A stretch of 58,921 nucleotides of DNA from a virus. Taxonomy: Duplodnaviria > Caudoviricetes. The stretch covers positions 1 through 58,921 of the IMG/VR virus record IMGVR_UViG_3300018080_000203, one strand, 5' to 3'. Under the pieces are notes generated by a model. It worked only from the letters and a program-made list of their open reading frames with translations. It did not search any database and was not told the origin of the DNA. Of this stretch, positions 10,132-20,151 are shown piece by piece (within the stretch, counting starts at the first letter, position 1; the number at the start of each line of letters is the position of its first letter). Position numbers and translations under genes: made by a program.

Positions 10132-10725
10132 CTACGTTTTGTTTTTGGGCCTAACGACATCGAATCGTTCGAGCGCCACATCAAGCTCAGCGATACTCAC
10201 ATCACTGGTACTGGCGTCGAGGTCACCAGCAATTTTGATACGAGCAGGAGAACACTCATAAAGGCGATACTCCTTTGTTACTAAAGCTTCAGCATCCAAG
10301 TTCGGCCCCTTCGATGTGTCTGGCTTATGTTCTAATGCTGGACGCTGGATGTGATAGACAACAAGGTTTGTTCTATACTCATTGCCTTCTATCGCTGCGA
10401 GAACCCAGTTAAAAAATGCGGTATCATTTATAGCCACACCTCTGTTTAATGTAATCTCTGCAATAGTTGGTACACCTGGAAATTTCATTGTGTAAACGCG
10501 AATACCCTCACGATATTCTGCATGTTCCACCGTGATCTCAGGCAATGTAATGCTGTTGAAACCCGCTTCTGATCCTTCACCAATAATATACCCGGAATCC
10601 GGGTCAGTTCCCTCTGGTTGAAGTACATCGTTTGGATTATTTGCATCTCCCAATGCTAATGGAGATGTTGCTGTCGCATGAAACCTAAACGCATGAAGCG
10701 GATCTGACGCTGCTGCTCTTGGCAT
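10132..10725 (-). CDS. tail tube protein (T4 gp19-like)
   Basis: DPL..FRF, AGF, EYREG...KFPG...ITL.RG, FFNW, DLDASTSDVSIAEL. Confidence 0.9.
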   Translation of the reverse strand: MPRAAASDPLHAFRFHATATSPLALGDANNPNDVLQPEGTDPDSGYIIGEGSEAGFNSITLPEITVEHAEYREGIRVYTMKFPGVPTIAEITLNRGVAINDTAFFNWVLAAIEGNEYRTNLVVYHIQRPALEHKPDTSKGPNLDAEALVTKEYRLYECSPARIKIAGDLDASTSDVSIAELDVALERFDVVRPKNKT

Positions 10726-10746
10726 ATCCTTCTCCTACTCCCTCTC

Positions 10747-11295
10747 CTAAAAACTAGGGGTTACAGTGACTAAACGACCAATAAGGTCACCAAGTGTCAC
10801 CATGCGCCCTTCCCCTGCCTCCTGCGGAGAAGGTAGCTCTTGGACTTTCCTTACAAATTCTGCAAGGGTCATCCGCTGCTCACCCATCTCCTCTGCTATC
10901 AAATTATACAGCGAAGGCCATTTCTCAACCAATGTCAATATGTATCCAGCTTTACTCAGATACTCAAAATGACTGTAATTCACGCCTCCACCAGGCTTTC
11001 TCATCTGACGCCCCATTGGCGCAGTTGGGAGCATCTCTTTGAGGTCTACCCCTGTAGAGGCCAATTTTGCGGCATAGGCCACCCCGTAAGGCGCGGTAGC
11101 GTTTGTTTTGACCCAAGATACCCATTCGCCCTCAGAGAGGTCCTGGTGCCCTACAACAAACACAGGAAGCACTCCATGAGCATCCCTGCCAGGATAATTG
11201 TTGTTGTGAAGACGGGCGAGTTTAACGATCAGCCCTTCACAATCTGGAGGCCCAGGACGAATCGCTAACCCAAGTTGTTCTGACAAACGCGCCAC
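10747..11295 (-). CDS. hypothetical protein (RLSEQL-type leader)
   Basis: GGAGG SD, GTG start. Confidence 0.65.
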   Translation of the reverse strand: MARLSEQLGLAIRPGPPDCEGLIVKLARLHNNNYPGRDAHGVLPVFVVGHQDLSEGEWVSWVKTNATAPYGVAYAAKLASTGVDLKEMLPTAPMGRQMRKPGGGVNYSHFEYLSKAGYILTLVEKWPSLYNLIAEEMGEQRMTLAEFVRKVQELPSPQEAGEGRMVTLGDLIGRLVTVTPSF

Positions 11296-11315
11296 TTTTT
11301 ACCTCCCACCTCTTA

Positions 11316-11765
11316 CTAGTTGAAGTGCAAATTGCACCACGCTAGTACATCAGTGCCACCAGCCACACTCTCAAGACAATGGCCAAGTTCAGCCCAATGT
11401 GTAACAGCATTAGGACTTGCCAACATTGTTGCTCTTCCAGCCGTTGCCGTAGCCACCTCAACCCAATAACCACGTGTAGCAGGAGCAGCGTCTTCCAAAA
11501 GCACTTGAGCCCTTCCGCTGATCACAACGCGACAATACGACCCATCTGCTATCCCATCATCTAAAACAACGCCAATAGGTTGAACTTCACCAGCAGAAGC
11601 AATATCGAAAGCATCATCAATAGTAGTCGAAGCTATTACAACAGTTCCCTTGACAGAAGCCGAACCAGTTTTGTTTATCAGAGAAATCGTAACACCACCT
11701 TCAGAAGTCATACCTCCTGAAGATGATCCTCTATCACACGGTCTTCCATCGCAATATACTGGCAT
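11316..11765 (-). CDS. DUF2190-like head cement/fibre protein
   Basis: NKTG...KG.VV, PIGVV, G...RVV.SG.A.V. Confidence 0.6.
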   Translation of the reverse strand: MPVYCDGRPCDRGSSSGGMTSEGGVTISLINKTGSASVKGTVVIASTTIDDAFDIASAGEVQPIGVVLDDGIADGSYCRVVISGRAQVLLEDAAPATRGYWVEVATATAGRATMLASPNAVTHWAELGHCLESVAGGTDVLAWCNLHFN

Positions 11766-12169
11766 TATGGCCTCGCTAAGACAGGACGAGCTGTCACTCT
11801 TGCATACATAGCAAGAGTTGCGCTTGTCGAAATAATAACAAGATCTTCATCCGCCTGAAGTTGAATTTTATCAGTAATAAGCACCTTTTTCTCTGTCGCA
11901 AGCGTAGACTCCCAAATAGGAATATCTGGCGCTCCAGTCTTGCGAATATAAATGCCTTTGACTGCTACACCATTGAAATCAACAGCAACACGCTCAACCT
12001 GCCAAAGAAAGAAACCAGTGCCAAGACCAAAACTAAACAGCCCACCTGCCGTATGAGTCGGATACGACTTTACGCCATCAGCTATTGTTGGCGTAGTCGT
12101 CGGTACTGTGCCGTCCCAATCACTACCAGCAGTTATCTCCTGCTGGATTGTGACAAACTGTTCTGCCAC
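11765..12169 (-). CDS. hypothetical (likely virion) protein
   Basis: 134 aa, TAATG coupling. Confidence 0.6.
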   Translation of the reverse strand: MAEQFVTIQQEITAGSDWDGTVPTTTPTIADGVKSYPTHTAGGLFSFGLGTGFFLWQVERVAVDFNGVAVKGIYIRKTGAPDIPIWESTLATEKKVLITDKIQLQADEDLVIISTSATLAMYARVTARPVLARP

Positions 12170-12184
12170 GATAACCCCCTACAA

Positions 12185-12589
12185 TCAGACGGTCACCGCA
12201 ATGTCACCTGAAAAAGTGAACCAGTCGCCACCTGAAGCGTCATAGTAACAAGGAACACCAGTTCCAACCCCAGCTCCTTCGCCGCCCTTTCTACCATTGC
12301 TTACAAACGCTACACGTCCGTTGAAGCCAACCGGTAGATCTATATAGGCATAAACAGGCAACGCATCAGAAACAATTTGTCCCTGAGTCGCCAGAGCTGC
12401 ATCATTGGCCCCTGGAGTCATTGACACCGAAAGATCGCCAGCGACAACACCTGCCTTGATGACCTCGTTCCCATCAAGATCAGCTACTGTGATATCTGAC
12501 CATGTCTTGGTTTCGCCAGCATTGATCTGAATGTTTGGCCCAGGAATAAAAGTGGCCTCACTCCCATTATTCGTGATTGCTGCGTCCAT
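12185..12589 (-). CDS. hypothetical (likely virion) protein
   Basis: GR.AFV.NGRK.GEGAG.GTGVP.YYD motif typical of fibre C-termini. Confidence 0.6.
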   Translation of the reverse strand: MDAAITNNGSEATFIPGPNIQINAGETKTWSDITVADLDGNEVIKAGVVAGDLSVSMTPGANDAALATQGQIVSDALPVYAYIDLPVGFNGRVAFVSNGRKGGEGAGVGTGVPCYYDASGGDWFTFSGDIAVTV

Positions 12590-12604
12590 TTTTCCTCACC
12601 CTCG

Positions 12605-12628
12605 AAAATAGGCAATCAATTGCCCGTT
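12605..12628. repeat. 24-bp palindromic intergenic element, copy 1
   Basis: AAAATAGGCAATCAATTGCCCGTT; exact reverse complement at 43529-43552, variant at 39549-39572. Confidence 0.85.
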
Positions 12629-12635
12629 GTTGTTT

Positions 12636-13037
12636 TTAAACCTTACCTGCACGTCTTCCTAAATAAGCACAGAAAGCCGCTGGATCTCTCACACCTGTAC
12701 AACAGTCCTTAGCATACTGCTCACAAGTTTTGAAAGCCTCGCCCTTTCCGCCCTTGAAATCACCTTTAGAAGTGCGATACTTTTCACCACACCCATGGTC
12801 ACATTTCATGGCTTCTGTGAGTGCCACAGAAAGCTTTTCAGCATCAAGGCCAGTTACCTCAGCCATGTCCTCAGCGACGAACTGAGCTGCTTCCTGAAGA
12901 TGCCAACAGGGAGTTTTGGTGTCCTCACAGAGTGGCCCTTCTTCAAAATCAGGCTCATCCTCTCGAAGTGAGCCGTCCTTGTTTTCACCTCGGGACTCTG
13001 CAAGAATCCCCAACAACTCCTCTGCTAACTTCTTCAT
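12636..13037 (-). CDS. putative internal head protein with Cys-rich C-terminal domain
   Basis: start reassigned to MKKLAEEL; C.EKYR..KGDF...DCCT.V.DP..FCA domain shared with 22341..22682. Confidence 0.65.
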   Translation of the reverse strand: MKKLAEELLGILAESRGENKDGSLREDEPDFEEGPLCEDTKTPCWHLQEAAQFVAEDMAEVTGLDAEKLSVALTEAMKCDHGCGEKYRTSKGDFKGGKGEAFKTCEQYAKDCCTGVRDPAAFCAYLGRRAGKV

Positions 13038-13054
13038 ACTACACCTCACTCAAA

Positions 13055-15721
13055 CTACGATGCCGCAACGAATTTTTGCTGAATACGGAATACAATAAAT
13101 TCTCCAGGTACATTGGCAGCAACGTAGACGTCACAAATAACCGTACCGCTATCTTCAACTTCTTGAGGATTGTTCGACTCATCACAAATAACAGTAAATG
13201 CATCTTGTGGCGAATCTCCTTTGAACAATCCCTGCCCATAGAGAGTAAGAAGGAAGCTCTCAACAGCAAGCTTGATTCGTTTGCGCAGCGACGCTCCAAC
13301 GTTCTCAAACACATACCCATGAGTGCTATTGAAGATCGACGACTTCAAGAAATTGAACATCCGTCTCGTGTGAATGAAACGAAAATCTGAAGGTGGATTC
13401 TCTAGTGTTCGAGCACCCCATACGCAACGTCCAGTTTGCGCCGTATCGATGAGAGAATTGACCTGTTTTGGGAAAAGAATATCAAGCTCGGCGAATTCCA
13501 GCGTACGCTCAAGACCAATGGAGAAATTGATTTTTCCATCTTCAACGCCAGCAGGAGCCTTGCCAACACTCTTCGTGTTATCAACTCGTGCATAAATACC
13601 AGCAATATGTCCACCAGCAGGAATATTCGTTGGAAGATCTGTCACAGGATCAGCGATGGTGATATATGGGTAATACAGAGCACCATAAGAGCTATTGAGT
13701 CCCAACGTATTTATGCGGTAACTCTGTGCCTGTTGCGGCGTAAGCCCTGGAGGAGTTGCCAAGATAACGAACCACATACCGTTTCTCTCGGCCTCAGTCA
13801 CCTGATCAGACGACATCGTTACGTTTCCAGCCGCGTCAGGAATGGTAAGGTTTATAAGCTCATTCGTTGTAAGAAGAGCGTACATGCCTTCTCGATCGGC
13901 GAGGAGAGCAGGATCAGTGAGCTCGTTTCGAGTTACAACACCTGGACTCGTTCCATCAGTTCCACCTGCCGCTGCGTTTTCAACAATCTCAAGATCTGGA
14001 GTTTTGTAGTACGCTGCTGTGCCAATAGAACCAGGAACCACAGTAGCAGGACCAGCACCATGAGTTGTCTCTGGTTCGGATATCTCCTGACCAGCTACCA
14101 AGCGGAACGAGAAATGACCAGTTGTATAATCGATAACATTGAGATTTGACGGCGCTGCGCCATCCACATCACCAATCAAATAGCCATCGCCATCATCGGT
14201 AATGGTTCTCGTAGTACCGTTTTTGTCAGTGTAGGTAATGGTCAAAGAACCAGCCTGAACAGGCCCCTCAAATGGAAGAGTTCGAACACCAACAGGAATA
14301 ACAGCAGAACCAACACCACCGCCGCCAGCCGTACCATCTGTTGAACCATAGTCCAGCGTCGGGCTCGCAGTCGGGATTCCACCGTTGCCAGCCGCACACC
14401 CAACAGAGCGAGCATAACCACTCAGACGCTCTGGACCAAGATCAGCATTAGATGGCTCAGTAAATTCAACGAGTTTAGAACCAGTCCCTTCGTTGTTGAG
14501 AATATCGCCAACATACCGAGCATCAGAAGTATTAGTAAAACTGACATCCTCGTAAAGCTCAGCCAGTTCGCCTTCGAGGTAAACGAGAACATCATATCGA
14601 GAGAACGCCGCCGTTGCCCTTGTATAATAATCGTCATCACCTCGAACATCTACGCTGACATCATTACCCCATTCGCCTGCTGAAATAGCACTATAATCCC
14701 AAAGAACTTGCTCGTAGCAAACATTAATGGGCTGCTTGTTCGCCGGCGCAGGAGATCCAACATCAATCTTGAATTCGATGTCACCAGTCGTGTAATCGAC
14801 TGTATTTGGACCAACACCATCAAGTGTTGTCGTGGTAGAAGCCAACGCACCAGCACCATCGTCATAGATGGTAACAGCAGTTGTCTTAAGTGGAGTATAA
14901 TCTGCCGTTACTGCCGCTCCACTGTCTGGCACACAAGGTGGAGGAACAGCGCCAGCGGTCGTTTCAAACGAAACATTGAAAAGGCCAGTATCGTAATCGA
15001 TATATCCTCTTTCAATATTGTTCGAATCGTAAAGTATACCGATGCCTTCCTGAGCTGGAGCAGGCGCGTATCCAGAACCATCACCATAGATGTATGGCGA
15101 AGTATTCAATACAGTGTTGATGAGAACACTTCCTGGCTCGATCTTTGGACTGACACCAGCGACTGCAACAGTAACAATGCGCCCAATCATCGCTTCCTGC
15201 GACGATGGCGACACACCTGAACCATCACCATCTGGAGCTGGTAACACAGTAAGTGTCTGACCAGTTACAGCAGTATTTGCCTCATAATAGGTGATTGCGA
15301 CAACTCCAGGGGCAGGAGTAACCTGCTGAACTGGCAGATTTGACAACGGCGTCAAAGCCGTACCACCAGAAGTAAAGTCCAGAGTAGTCCCGTCACCAGT
15401 CCCAACTGTCTCTTCACAAATAGGATTAGTGATTTCACCGGTAGCAATCACTGCATCAGATGGCACAACACGAACGATGTATGCCCGACGTCCTCCGTTT
15501 GCGAAAAACGCATAGACGTGAGTCGGGACTTGGCTCAAAGCAGTAAATCCACCAAACTCACCGTCAAATGCTGTAAAACTCGTTTCTAGAGTCGCGACAT
15601 TTGATGGCCCCTTGAGCGTAAAGCCCACGATCCCCATGTTCGACGTGGAGACCCCCTGAATCGGGGCAAGCCCGCCGCGTCGCTCCTCAACATACACGCC
15701 TGGGTGTAATCTCTCACTCAT
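13055..15721 (-). CDS. contractile tail sheath protein (T4 gp18-like), 888 aa
   Basis: HPGVYVEE, FF.NGG, ALYYP, G.IAG.YAR.D, KAPAG, WGARTL, VFE, FIVFRI; start reassigned to MSERLHPG. Confidence 0.95.
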   Translation of the reverse strand: MSERLHPGVYVEERRGGLAPIQGVSTSNMGIVGFTLKGPSNVATLETSFTAFDGEFGGFTALSQVPTHVYAFFANGGRRAYIVRVVPSDAVIATGEITNPICEETVGTGDGTTLDFTSGGTALTPLSNLPVQQVTPAPGVVAITYYEANTAVTGQTLTVLPAPDGDGSGVSPSSQEAMIGRIVTVAVAGVSPKIEPGSVLINTVLNTSPYIYGDGSGYAPAPAQEGIGILYDSNNIERGYIDYDTGLFNVSFETTAGAVPPPCVPDSGAAVTADYTPLKTTAVTIYDDGAGALASTTTTLDGVGPNTVDYTTGDIEFKIDVGSPAPANKQPINVCYEQVLWDYSAISAGEWGNDVSVDVRGDDDYYTRATAAFSRYDVLVYLEGELAELYEDVSFTNTSDARYVGDILNNEGTGSKLVEFTEPSNADLGPERLSGYARSVGCAAGNGGIPTASPTLDYGSTDGTAGGGGVGSAVIPVGVRTLPFEGPVQAGSLTITYTDKNGTTRTITDDGDGYLIGDVDGAAPSNLNVIDYTTGHFSFRLVAGQEISEPETTHGAGPATVVPGSIGTAAYYKTPDLEIVENAAAGGTDGTSPGVVTRNELTDPALLADREGMYALLTTNELINLTIPDAAGNVTMSSDQVTEAERNGMWFVILATPPGLTPQQAQSYRINTLGLNSSYGALYYPYITIADPVTDLPTNIPAGGHIAGIYARVDNTKSVGKAPAGVEDGKINFSIGLERTLEFAELDILFPKQVNSLIDTAQTGRCVWGARTLENPPSDFRFIHTRRMFNFLKSSIFNSTHGYVFENVGASLRKRIKLAVESFLLTLYGQGLFKGDSPQDAFTVICDESNNPQEVEDSGTVICDVYVAANVPGEFIVFRIQQKFVAAS

Positions 15722-15722
15722 C

Positions 15723-16271
15723 CTATCCTCCCGCCGCCACGTCCATGGGCTCATATGCCCTTACGGCTTGCAACTTTTCACACAAATCTACGACAACGGC
15801 CACATGTTCTGGAAAACGTTTTTTCCACTTCTTTTTCCCACGAAGGTTCCTCGCCACGAACTCTACAATCTGTCTCCAAATTTCAAAATCATTAGCCTTT
15901 TTGCTTTGCAATGGGAATGTTTCGAAATGAGGTATAACCACATCAATCAAATCCTCAACGAGATCAATCCGATAACAGACAGATGGCTTAGCTCCTTTAA
16001 CCTTACTTCTTCTACTCTTCGTGACTGGCTTTTTGTTGATACGACCAGATCCAAAGTAGTTGCGAATTTTCTCAACCACTATAGCATCGTCATCCCGCAT
16101 CCATATCTGTAAGCCAACAGAAAAATCAGTACACAAATGAGATCGACCGCTGTCAGGAGATTTTTTCATACGAAAAGACAGGCTTGCATAAAAACAACCC
16201 TCACCATCTACGAGACCTGTAACCCACCATCCAAATGAGTTTTTCCCATCGATGATCGTCTTCTCAGCCAT
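15723..16271 (-). CDS. free-standing single-motif LAGLIDADG homing endonuclease
   Basis: WVTGLVDGEGCF, YFG.G.I, VIPHF..FPLQSKK..DF. Confidence 0.9.
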   Translation of the reverse strand: MAEKTIIDGKNSFGWWVTGLVDGEGCFYASLSFRMKKSPDSGRSHLCTDFSVGLQIWMRDDDAIVVEKIRNYFGSGRINKKPVTKSRRSKVKGAKPSVCYRIDLVEDLIDVVIPHFETFPLQSKKANDFEIWRQIVEFVARNLRGKKKWKKRFPEHVAVVVDLCEKLQAVRAYEPMDVAAGG

Positions 16272-16298
16272 GACCTAATCTCCCTCCGTCGCCGTGGG

Positions 16299-16802
16299 CT
16301 AGCCTCGACGCTTTTTTGTTTCCTTTCCTCCCTTCTCCTTCTTCACCTGCTGCGCCTTCTCCTTCGACTTACCTATGTCTATATCTTCATTTTTATCTTT
16401 AAGTTTATCATCTTCAAGAATATTTGGTTTTTCTTTAATTGCATTCGATGCTACCACAAGCTTCTTGATATCCGAAACTTTCTTCTTTTTTTCTTCTCTT
16501 TTAGGCTCCCCAGTAGCTACCGTTTTAGGTAACACTGGGGCCTCCTTTTGTACGAGAACTTCTGTTTTTTCTTTTGGTTCTTTCGGTATTTGGTGAGGTT
16601 TTAGTGGTGCAACCATTTTCAATCGTTTCAAATGCGCGACCGAAGACATCGCAGCCTCAAACTTAAGCCTCGGAACCAAAACCGTTGGTCCAGAAGGGTC
16701 TCTCCTGATAATACGAGGTTTTTTGCCTTTTTCGTCAATGACAGCAGAAATACCCCCATCAATAGGAGTCGTTACTCTTCCAGTATACACCCACCAAGCC
16801 AT
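16299..16802 (-). CDS. Lys-rich hypothetical protein
   Basis: 167 aa, GAGG SD. Confidence 0.65.
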   Translation of the reverse strand: MAWWVYTGRVTTPIDGGISAVIDEKGKKPRIIRRDPSGPTVLVPRLKFEAAMSSVAHLKRLKMVAPLKPHQIPKEPKEKTEVLVQKEAPVLPKTVATGEPKREEKKKKVSDIKKLVVASNAIKEKPNILEDDKLKDKNEDIDIGKSKEKAQQVKKEKGGKETKKRRG

Positions 16803-16810
16803 CGTTTACC

Positions 16811-17509
16811 TCACTCTCCCGCCAATGACGATTTAGGCTCTACACTTGTTTCAACATTTGGCGAAGTAGGAGCGATATAAGGATCGTTGAAGTCAAGTTC
16901 AGCTTCACATCTCAGAGATATCGTCCAGCCAATCATTCGATCAGCAACATCGGCTACCTCATCAAGGGAATCAAGAGATTCTTGGAAAGCATAGTATCCT
17001 CGTTGCTCTCCCTCAGAATCAATCAAATAAATCTGCCCATACGCCCAAAACTTTTGACCGATCTGTCTGAGCATCAAATCAGCCTGAGCTCTTTGTCTTG
17101 CTCTTATATGAATTTCGTAAGAAATATCATACGGGTACGCCCAAGCCTTGAACTCCAACGCTGACGGTCCCTGAACCCCATTGCCTGCCGTTACCAAATG
17201 AGAAGTCGCAGATGGTGTTCTGTATTCGTGGCCACCTGGAAACCATCGATTCATTGCTATCGTCACTGCCGTACGTGAAACAGCCACATGAGGAATCAAT
17301 CCTTCTTGATACACATCCTCTGGATTTTGCCAAATAACAGGAACATGACCACCATACAAATCAGGACCAAGAACTCCTTCGATAGCTATCGCGTAATCCT
17401 GCACTGTCTCTCCATCGAGCTCGATTTCGATCAGTTCTGCACCCATAGTGCGCACCAATCCTTCATCATAGTCTCTAAGAAAAACAATGCCAGTTCTTGC
17501 GCTCATCAC
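16811..17509 (-). CDS. tail completion/terminator protein (T4 gp15-like)
   Basis: VPVIW..PE, IP.VAV.R, PYDISY; position upstream of the sheath. Confidence 0.65.
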   Translation of the reverse strand: MMSARTGIVFLRDYDEGLVRTMGAELIEIELDGETVQDYAIAIEGVLGPDLYGGHVPVIWQNPEDVYQEGLIPHVAVSRTAVTIAMNRWFPGGHEYRTPSATSHLVTAGNGVQGPSALEFKAWAYPYDISYEIHIRARQRAQADLMLRQIGQKFWAYGQIYLIDSEGEQRGYYAFQESLDSLDEVADVADRMIGWTISLRCEAELDFNDPYIAPTSPNVETSVEPKSSLAGE

Positions 17510-18309
17510 ACTCCTGCCGCTACTAGATCTTGAAACCGTTGAAGTCTTTTGGCTACTGAAGCCCTCTCATATTGAAGGTCTTCTGCCGTCTTAAATCCAG
17601 CGTCTTGTGGACTAGAAATCCACTTTTCAAGAGATTTCAAAGCTCTCTTAGTAATCGTATTAGGCACCGCTCGTATAGCTGGTTTCCAGTGCGATCGTCC
17701 AGGTATAGGCGGAATTCCAAATTCGTATCTTAGTACCTCAAAGGCAATATCACGAGTTACACGTCGACTCAATAGGGCCTTAGACGGTGGACGCAATTGA
17801 ACTCCAAGATCTTTTAGTTCTTGGCGAACTTCTCTGAGTTCTTGGCGTCTTCGAGACTCTATCACACGAGCTTCCTTTTCCGTTACTCTTCGAGAAAGCA
17901 TGCTTGCTTCAAATCTGCTTGGCTCGTACGGCAACGTGTCCATTGTCCAAGGATTGCTACGTTCTAGAACCACTGTTGCAGGCTCCACAACTTCGCCACC
18001 CCTCACCTTTGGACGAACGTACAACACCGTTCTCTTTACGTCAACGGAACGTAGTCTCTGAGACGCTGCCCAACCTGGCGGAAGAATTGCCGTTAACTCC
18101 CACCCTTGTATGCTTGGAAGGTCTCTCACTCTGAGCATATCAGGATATCCTTCAATATCTTTTGGAGCTGCCGATTGAACCAACTTAAGAACATCAAATG
18201 CAACCAACTGAGGAAGGGTCTTGACAATAGCTTCCACGCGTTCAGGAAGCTCATCAACAAGCTTCAACTTCTTTTTATTTCTTGGATCTTGTTTGACAGC
18301 AAATCTCAT
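17506..18309 (-). CDS. hypothetical basic protein (possible neck/head-tail joining)
   Basis: LRYEFG...RSHWKPAI resembles HK97 gp10-like neck proteins. Confidence 0.5.
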   Translation of the reverse strand: MRFAVKQDPRNKKKLKLVDELPERVEAIVKTLPQLVAFDVLKLVQSAAPKDIEGYPDMLRVRDLPSIQGWELTAILPPGWAASQRLRSVDVKRTVLYVRPKVRGGEVVEPATVVLERSNPWTMDTLPYEPSRFEASMLSRRVTEKEARVIESRRRQELREVRQELKDLGVQLRPPSKALLSRRVTRDIAFEVLRYEFGIPPIPGRSHWKPAIRAVPNTITKRALKSLEKWISSPQDAGFKTAEDLQYERASVAKRLQRFQDLVAAGV

Positions 18310-18650
18310 GCTGTTTTACCTTTTGTTGGTATTACCTGAATCATTTTGTTAATCATGTCAATGTGTTCTGTGCAAGCACCAACAAATCCCTTGCCCTTAA
18401 CCTCAATCAAACGAGTAGATTCTTTGCCACATCTAAAACAAATATCAGCAATAGTTTGCCTGGTTAGTGGTCCCTCGTATTCTGGAAAAGCCAACTCAAC
18501 TATAGGTCCACCACAACTACGTCCCCTCAACGCATGCCCGCAATGTTTTTCCCCGCGTTTTATCCCAATATGAAGCTTTGTGCAATTGGCACAAATAAAC
18601 GAAAAACCAATCTCTCTCAATCTGTCAGACAAATAATTGCTCACGGCCAC
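18306..18650 (-). CDS. Cys-rich (Zn-binding) hypothetical protein
   Basis: CxxC, CxxC, CxxH; start may be GTG 18644. Confidence 0.6.
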   Translation of the reverse strand: MAVSNYLSDRLREIGFSFICANCTKLHIGIKRGEKHCGHALRGRSCGGPIVELAFPEYEGPLTRQTIADICFRCGKESTRLIEVKGKGFVGACTEHIDMINKMIQVIPTKGKTA

Positions 18651-18991
18651 TTGCCTCCTTGATATGCACTCGGCCTAAGTCCACCACCGCGTACATACAA
18701 CGACCTAATGCGAGTCATTCTGTCTGTTTTGACATCTGGAGTGGGCAAAATCCAAACAATATATTTTTCTGGATTGACATCTACCTCAAGAGTTGTCCCA
18801 GACGAAATATCCTGGACACGAATTATGCCAGTTGGAAGATCGACATTTGTGACACGTCCTTTTTTGATAACATTGACACCGCGCTTAGTTCTGACTGAAA
18901 CCATCTGACCAGGCACAAGCACAACGCGCTCAGCCGCTTCGTCAAGAAGCCTTGCTCCAATAGCCTCATAAAGTTGCGCGGAAAGATTCAT
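18641..18991 (-). CDS. putative internal head protein (class-II leader MNLSAQLYEA)
   Basis: short leader ending E|A, SH3-like beta payload. Confidence 0.6.
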   Translation of the reverse strand: MNLSAQLYEAIGARLLDEAAERVVLVPGQMVSVRTKRGVNVIKKGRVTNVDLPTGIIRVQDISSGTTLEVDVNPEKYIVWILPTPDVKTDRMTRIRSLYVRGGGLRPSAYQGGKWP

Positions 18992-19206
18992 TTTGGTTTC
19001 GCTCCAATACTTACTAGATACCCCTCAGCATGATCGAACGAAGCACGCTTGCCAAGACTCTTCTCCTTGCCATCCACTGAAACAAACCACTCTCTCTTGC
19101 CTTTTTTGTATAACTTGGCAAGACCTTTAGTGGTCTTCATCTCAAACCCTTCTGGCGTCCTTTCCCACTCAGACAAGGCTACCTCTAACTCTTCGCTCAA
19201 CCTCAT
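18988..19206 (-). CDS. putative internal head protein (class-II leader MRLSEEL)
   Basis: start reassigned to ATG 19206 after GAGGTGG; basic payload. Confidence 0.6.
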   Translation of the reverse strand: MRLSEELEVALSEWERTPEGFEMKTTKGLAKLYKKGKREWFVSVDGKEKSLGKRASFDHAEGYLVSIGAKPK

Positions 19207-19213
19207 AACCACC

Positions 19214-19594
19214 TCACCTAAAAAACGAACGGACACCCTTTTGAGCCGCAGCAAAGGCCATTGTGTCACCACCCTGAACCCTCCAAGTGCGCCTACCGCT
19301 ATTTACGACGAAATCATCACCATAATCACGCAACTGTCCAAGGATTTTTCGAGCAAGCTTATACGCATCCTTCTTTTTTTCAAAAGTCTTTTTTGTCTCA
19401 CCACGACCTTTGATTTTAGCCTCAACGCGCCACTTTTTGTTAGGTCTCGATAAAAACAAACGTGGCCCTTTTGCTTCCACACCCTTTCTGCCCTTAGTGA
19501 TAAAAACCGGCGAAAGGTGCATTCCATGCGCGACATGCATTTCGTAAGGTGTCGGCACCTTGAGAGCTTCTTCGAGTTGTCGCGACAATCTCAT
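19214..19594 (-). CDS. putative internal head protein (class-II leader MRLSRQLEEA)
   Basis: leader, VPTP linker, very basic payload. Confidence 0.6.
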   Translation of the reverse strand: MRLSRQLEEALKVPTPYEMHVAHGMHLSPVFITKGRKGVEAKGPRLFLSRPNKKWRVEAKIKGRGETKKTFEKKKDAYKLARKILGQLRDYGDDFVVNSGRRTWRVQGGDTMAFAAAQKGVRSFFR

Positions 19595-20151
19595 ATTCTC
19601 GAATGCTCCGTCTTGCGAAATGGAACAAATTTACTCCGTTGCTTCAATTCTATTTTGAACTGGACAAAAGTCGCTGTTGTAAAAACATTCCCGTCACGAG
19701 TAGCCTTAGTAACATCCCATTGGGTTTCTTCAGGATCGTACCCAAATGGCGGTGCAGCCCAAAACTCCAAAACATCACCTTTTTTAGGATACGGCGCCTC
19801 TCTATCTTCAAATTCTTTTCGAGAAATCCATGCGACAGCATCAGCTTCTGTGCGTTCACCAACCTCAGTGGCTTCCTCTGTAATATTGTCGCTCTGAGGA
19901 AAATCAATGGTTGCCCACAGCTCAAACGGCCCCTCGTAACTCCACTCTTTGCCCTCCAATGAAGGTTCTTTATAAAGCGGATCTCGATTCTTTGCACGAC
20001 GAATCACATAAAGCTTTACTGGCTCACCAGCAAGCCGCGCTGGCTCACTCGCTATCGAGTCCCATAAAGCCCGCTCATCTCCACAATCCCCACAGTCACC
20101 ACCTGGAAAAAGTCTCCTCTTGGGCTTACAATCGTCACCACAAAACGCCAT
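19591..20151 (-). CDS. head closure/neck protein (T4 gp14-like)
   Basis: G.PV.LY...DPLY.E, P.KGDV; gene order. Confidence 0.65.
   Translation of the reverse strand: MAFCGDDCKPKRRLFPGGDCGDCGDERALWDSIASEPARLAGEPVKLYVIRRAKNRDPLYKEPSLEGKEWSYEGPFELWATIDFPQSDNITEEATEVGERTEADAVAWISRKEFEDREAPYPKKGDVLEFWAAPPFGYDPEETQWDVTKATRDGNVFTTATFVQFKIELKQRSKFVPFRKTEHSRI

Noticed and set aside
9410-15721. Extracellular contractile injection system or tailocin
   Set aside because: Capsid, portal, protease and terminase are present, so this is a phage.
5945-16271. Group I introns around the HNH and LAGLIDADG ORFs
   Set aside because: Flanking non-coding DNA is under 50 bp, too short for a catalytic core; neighbouring genes have their own starts and stops.
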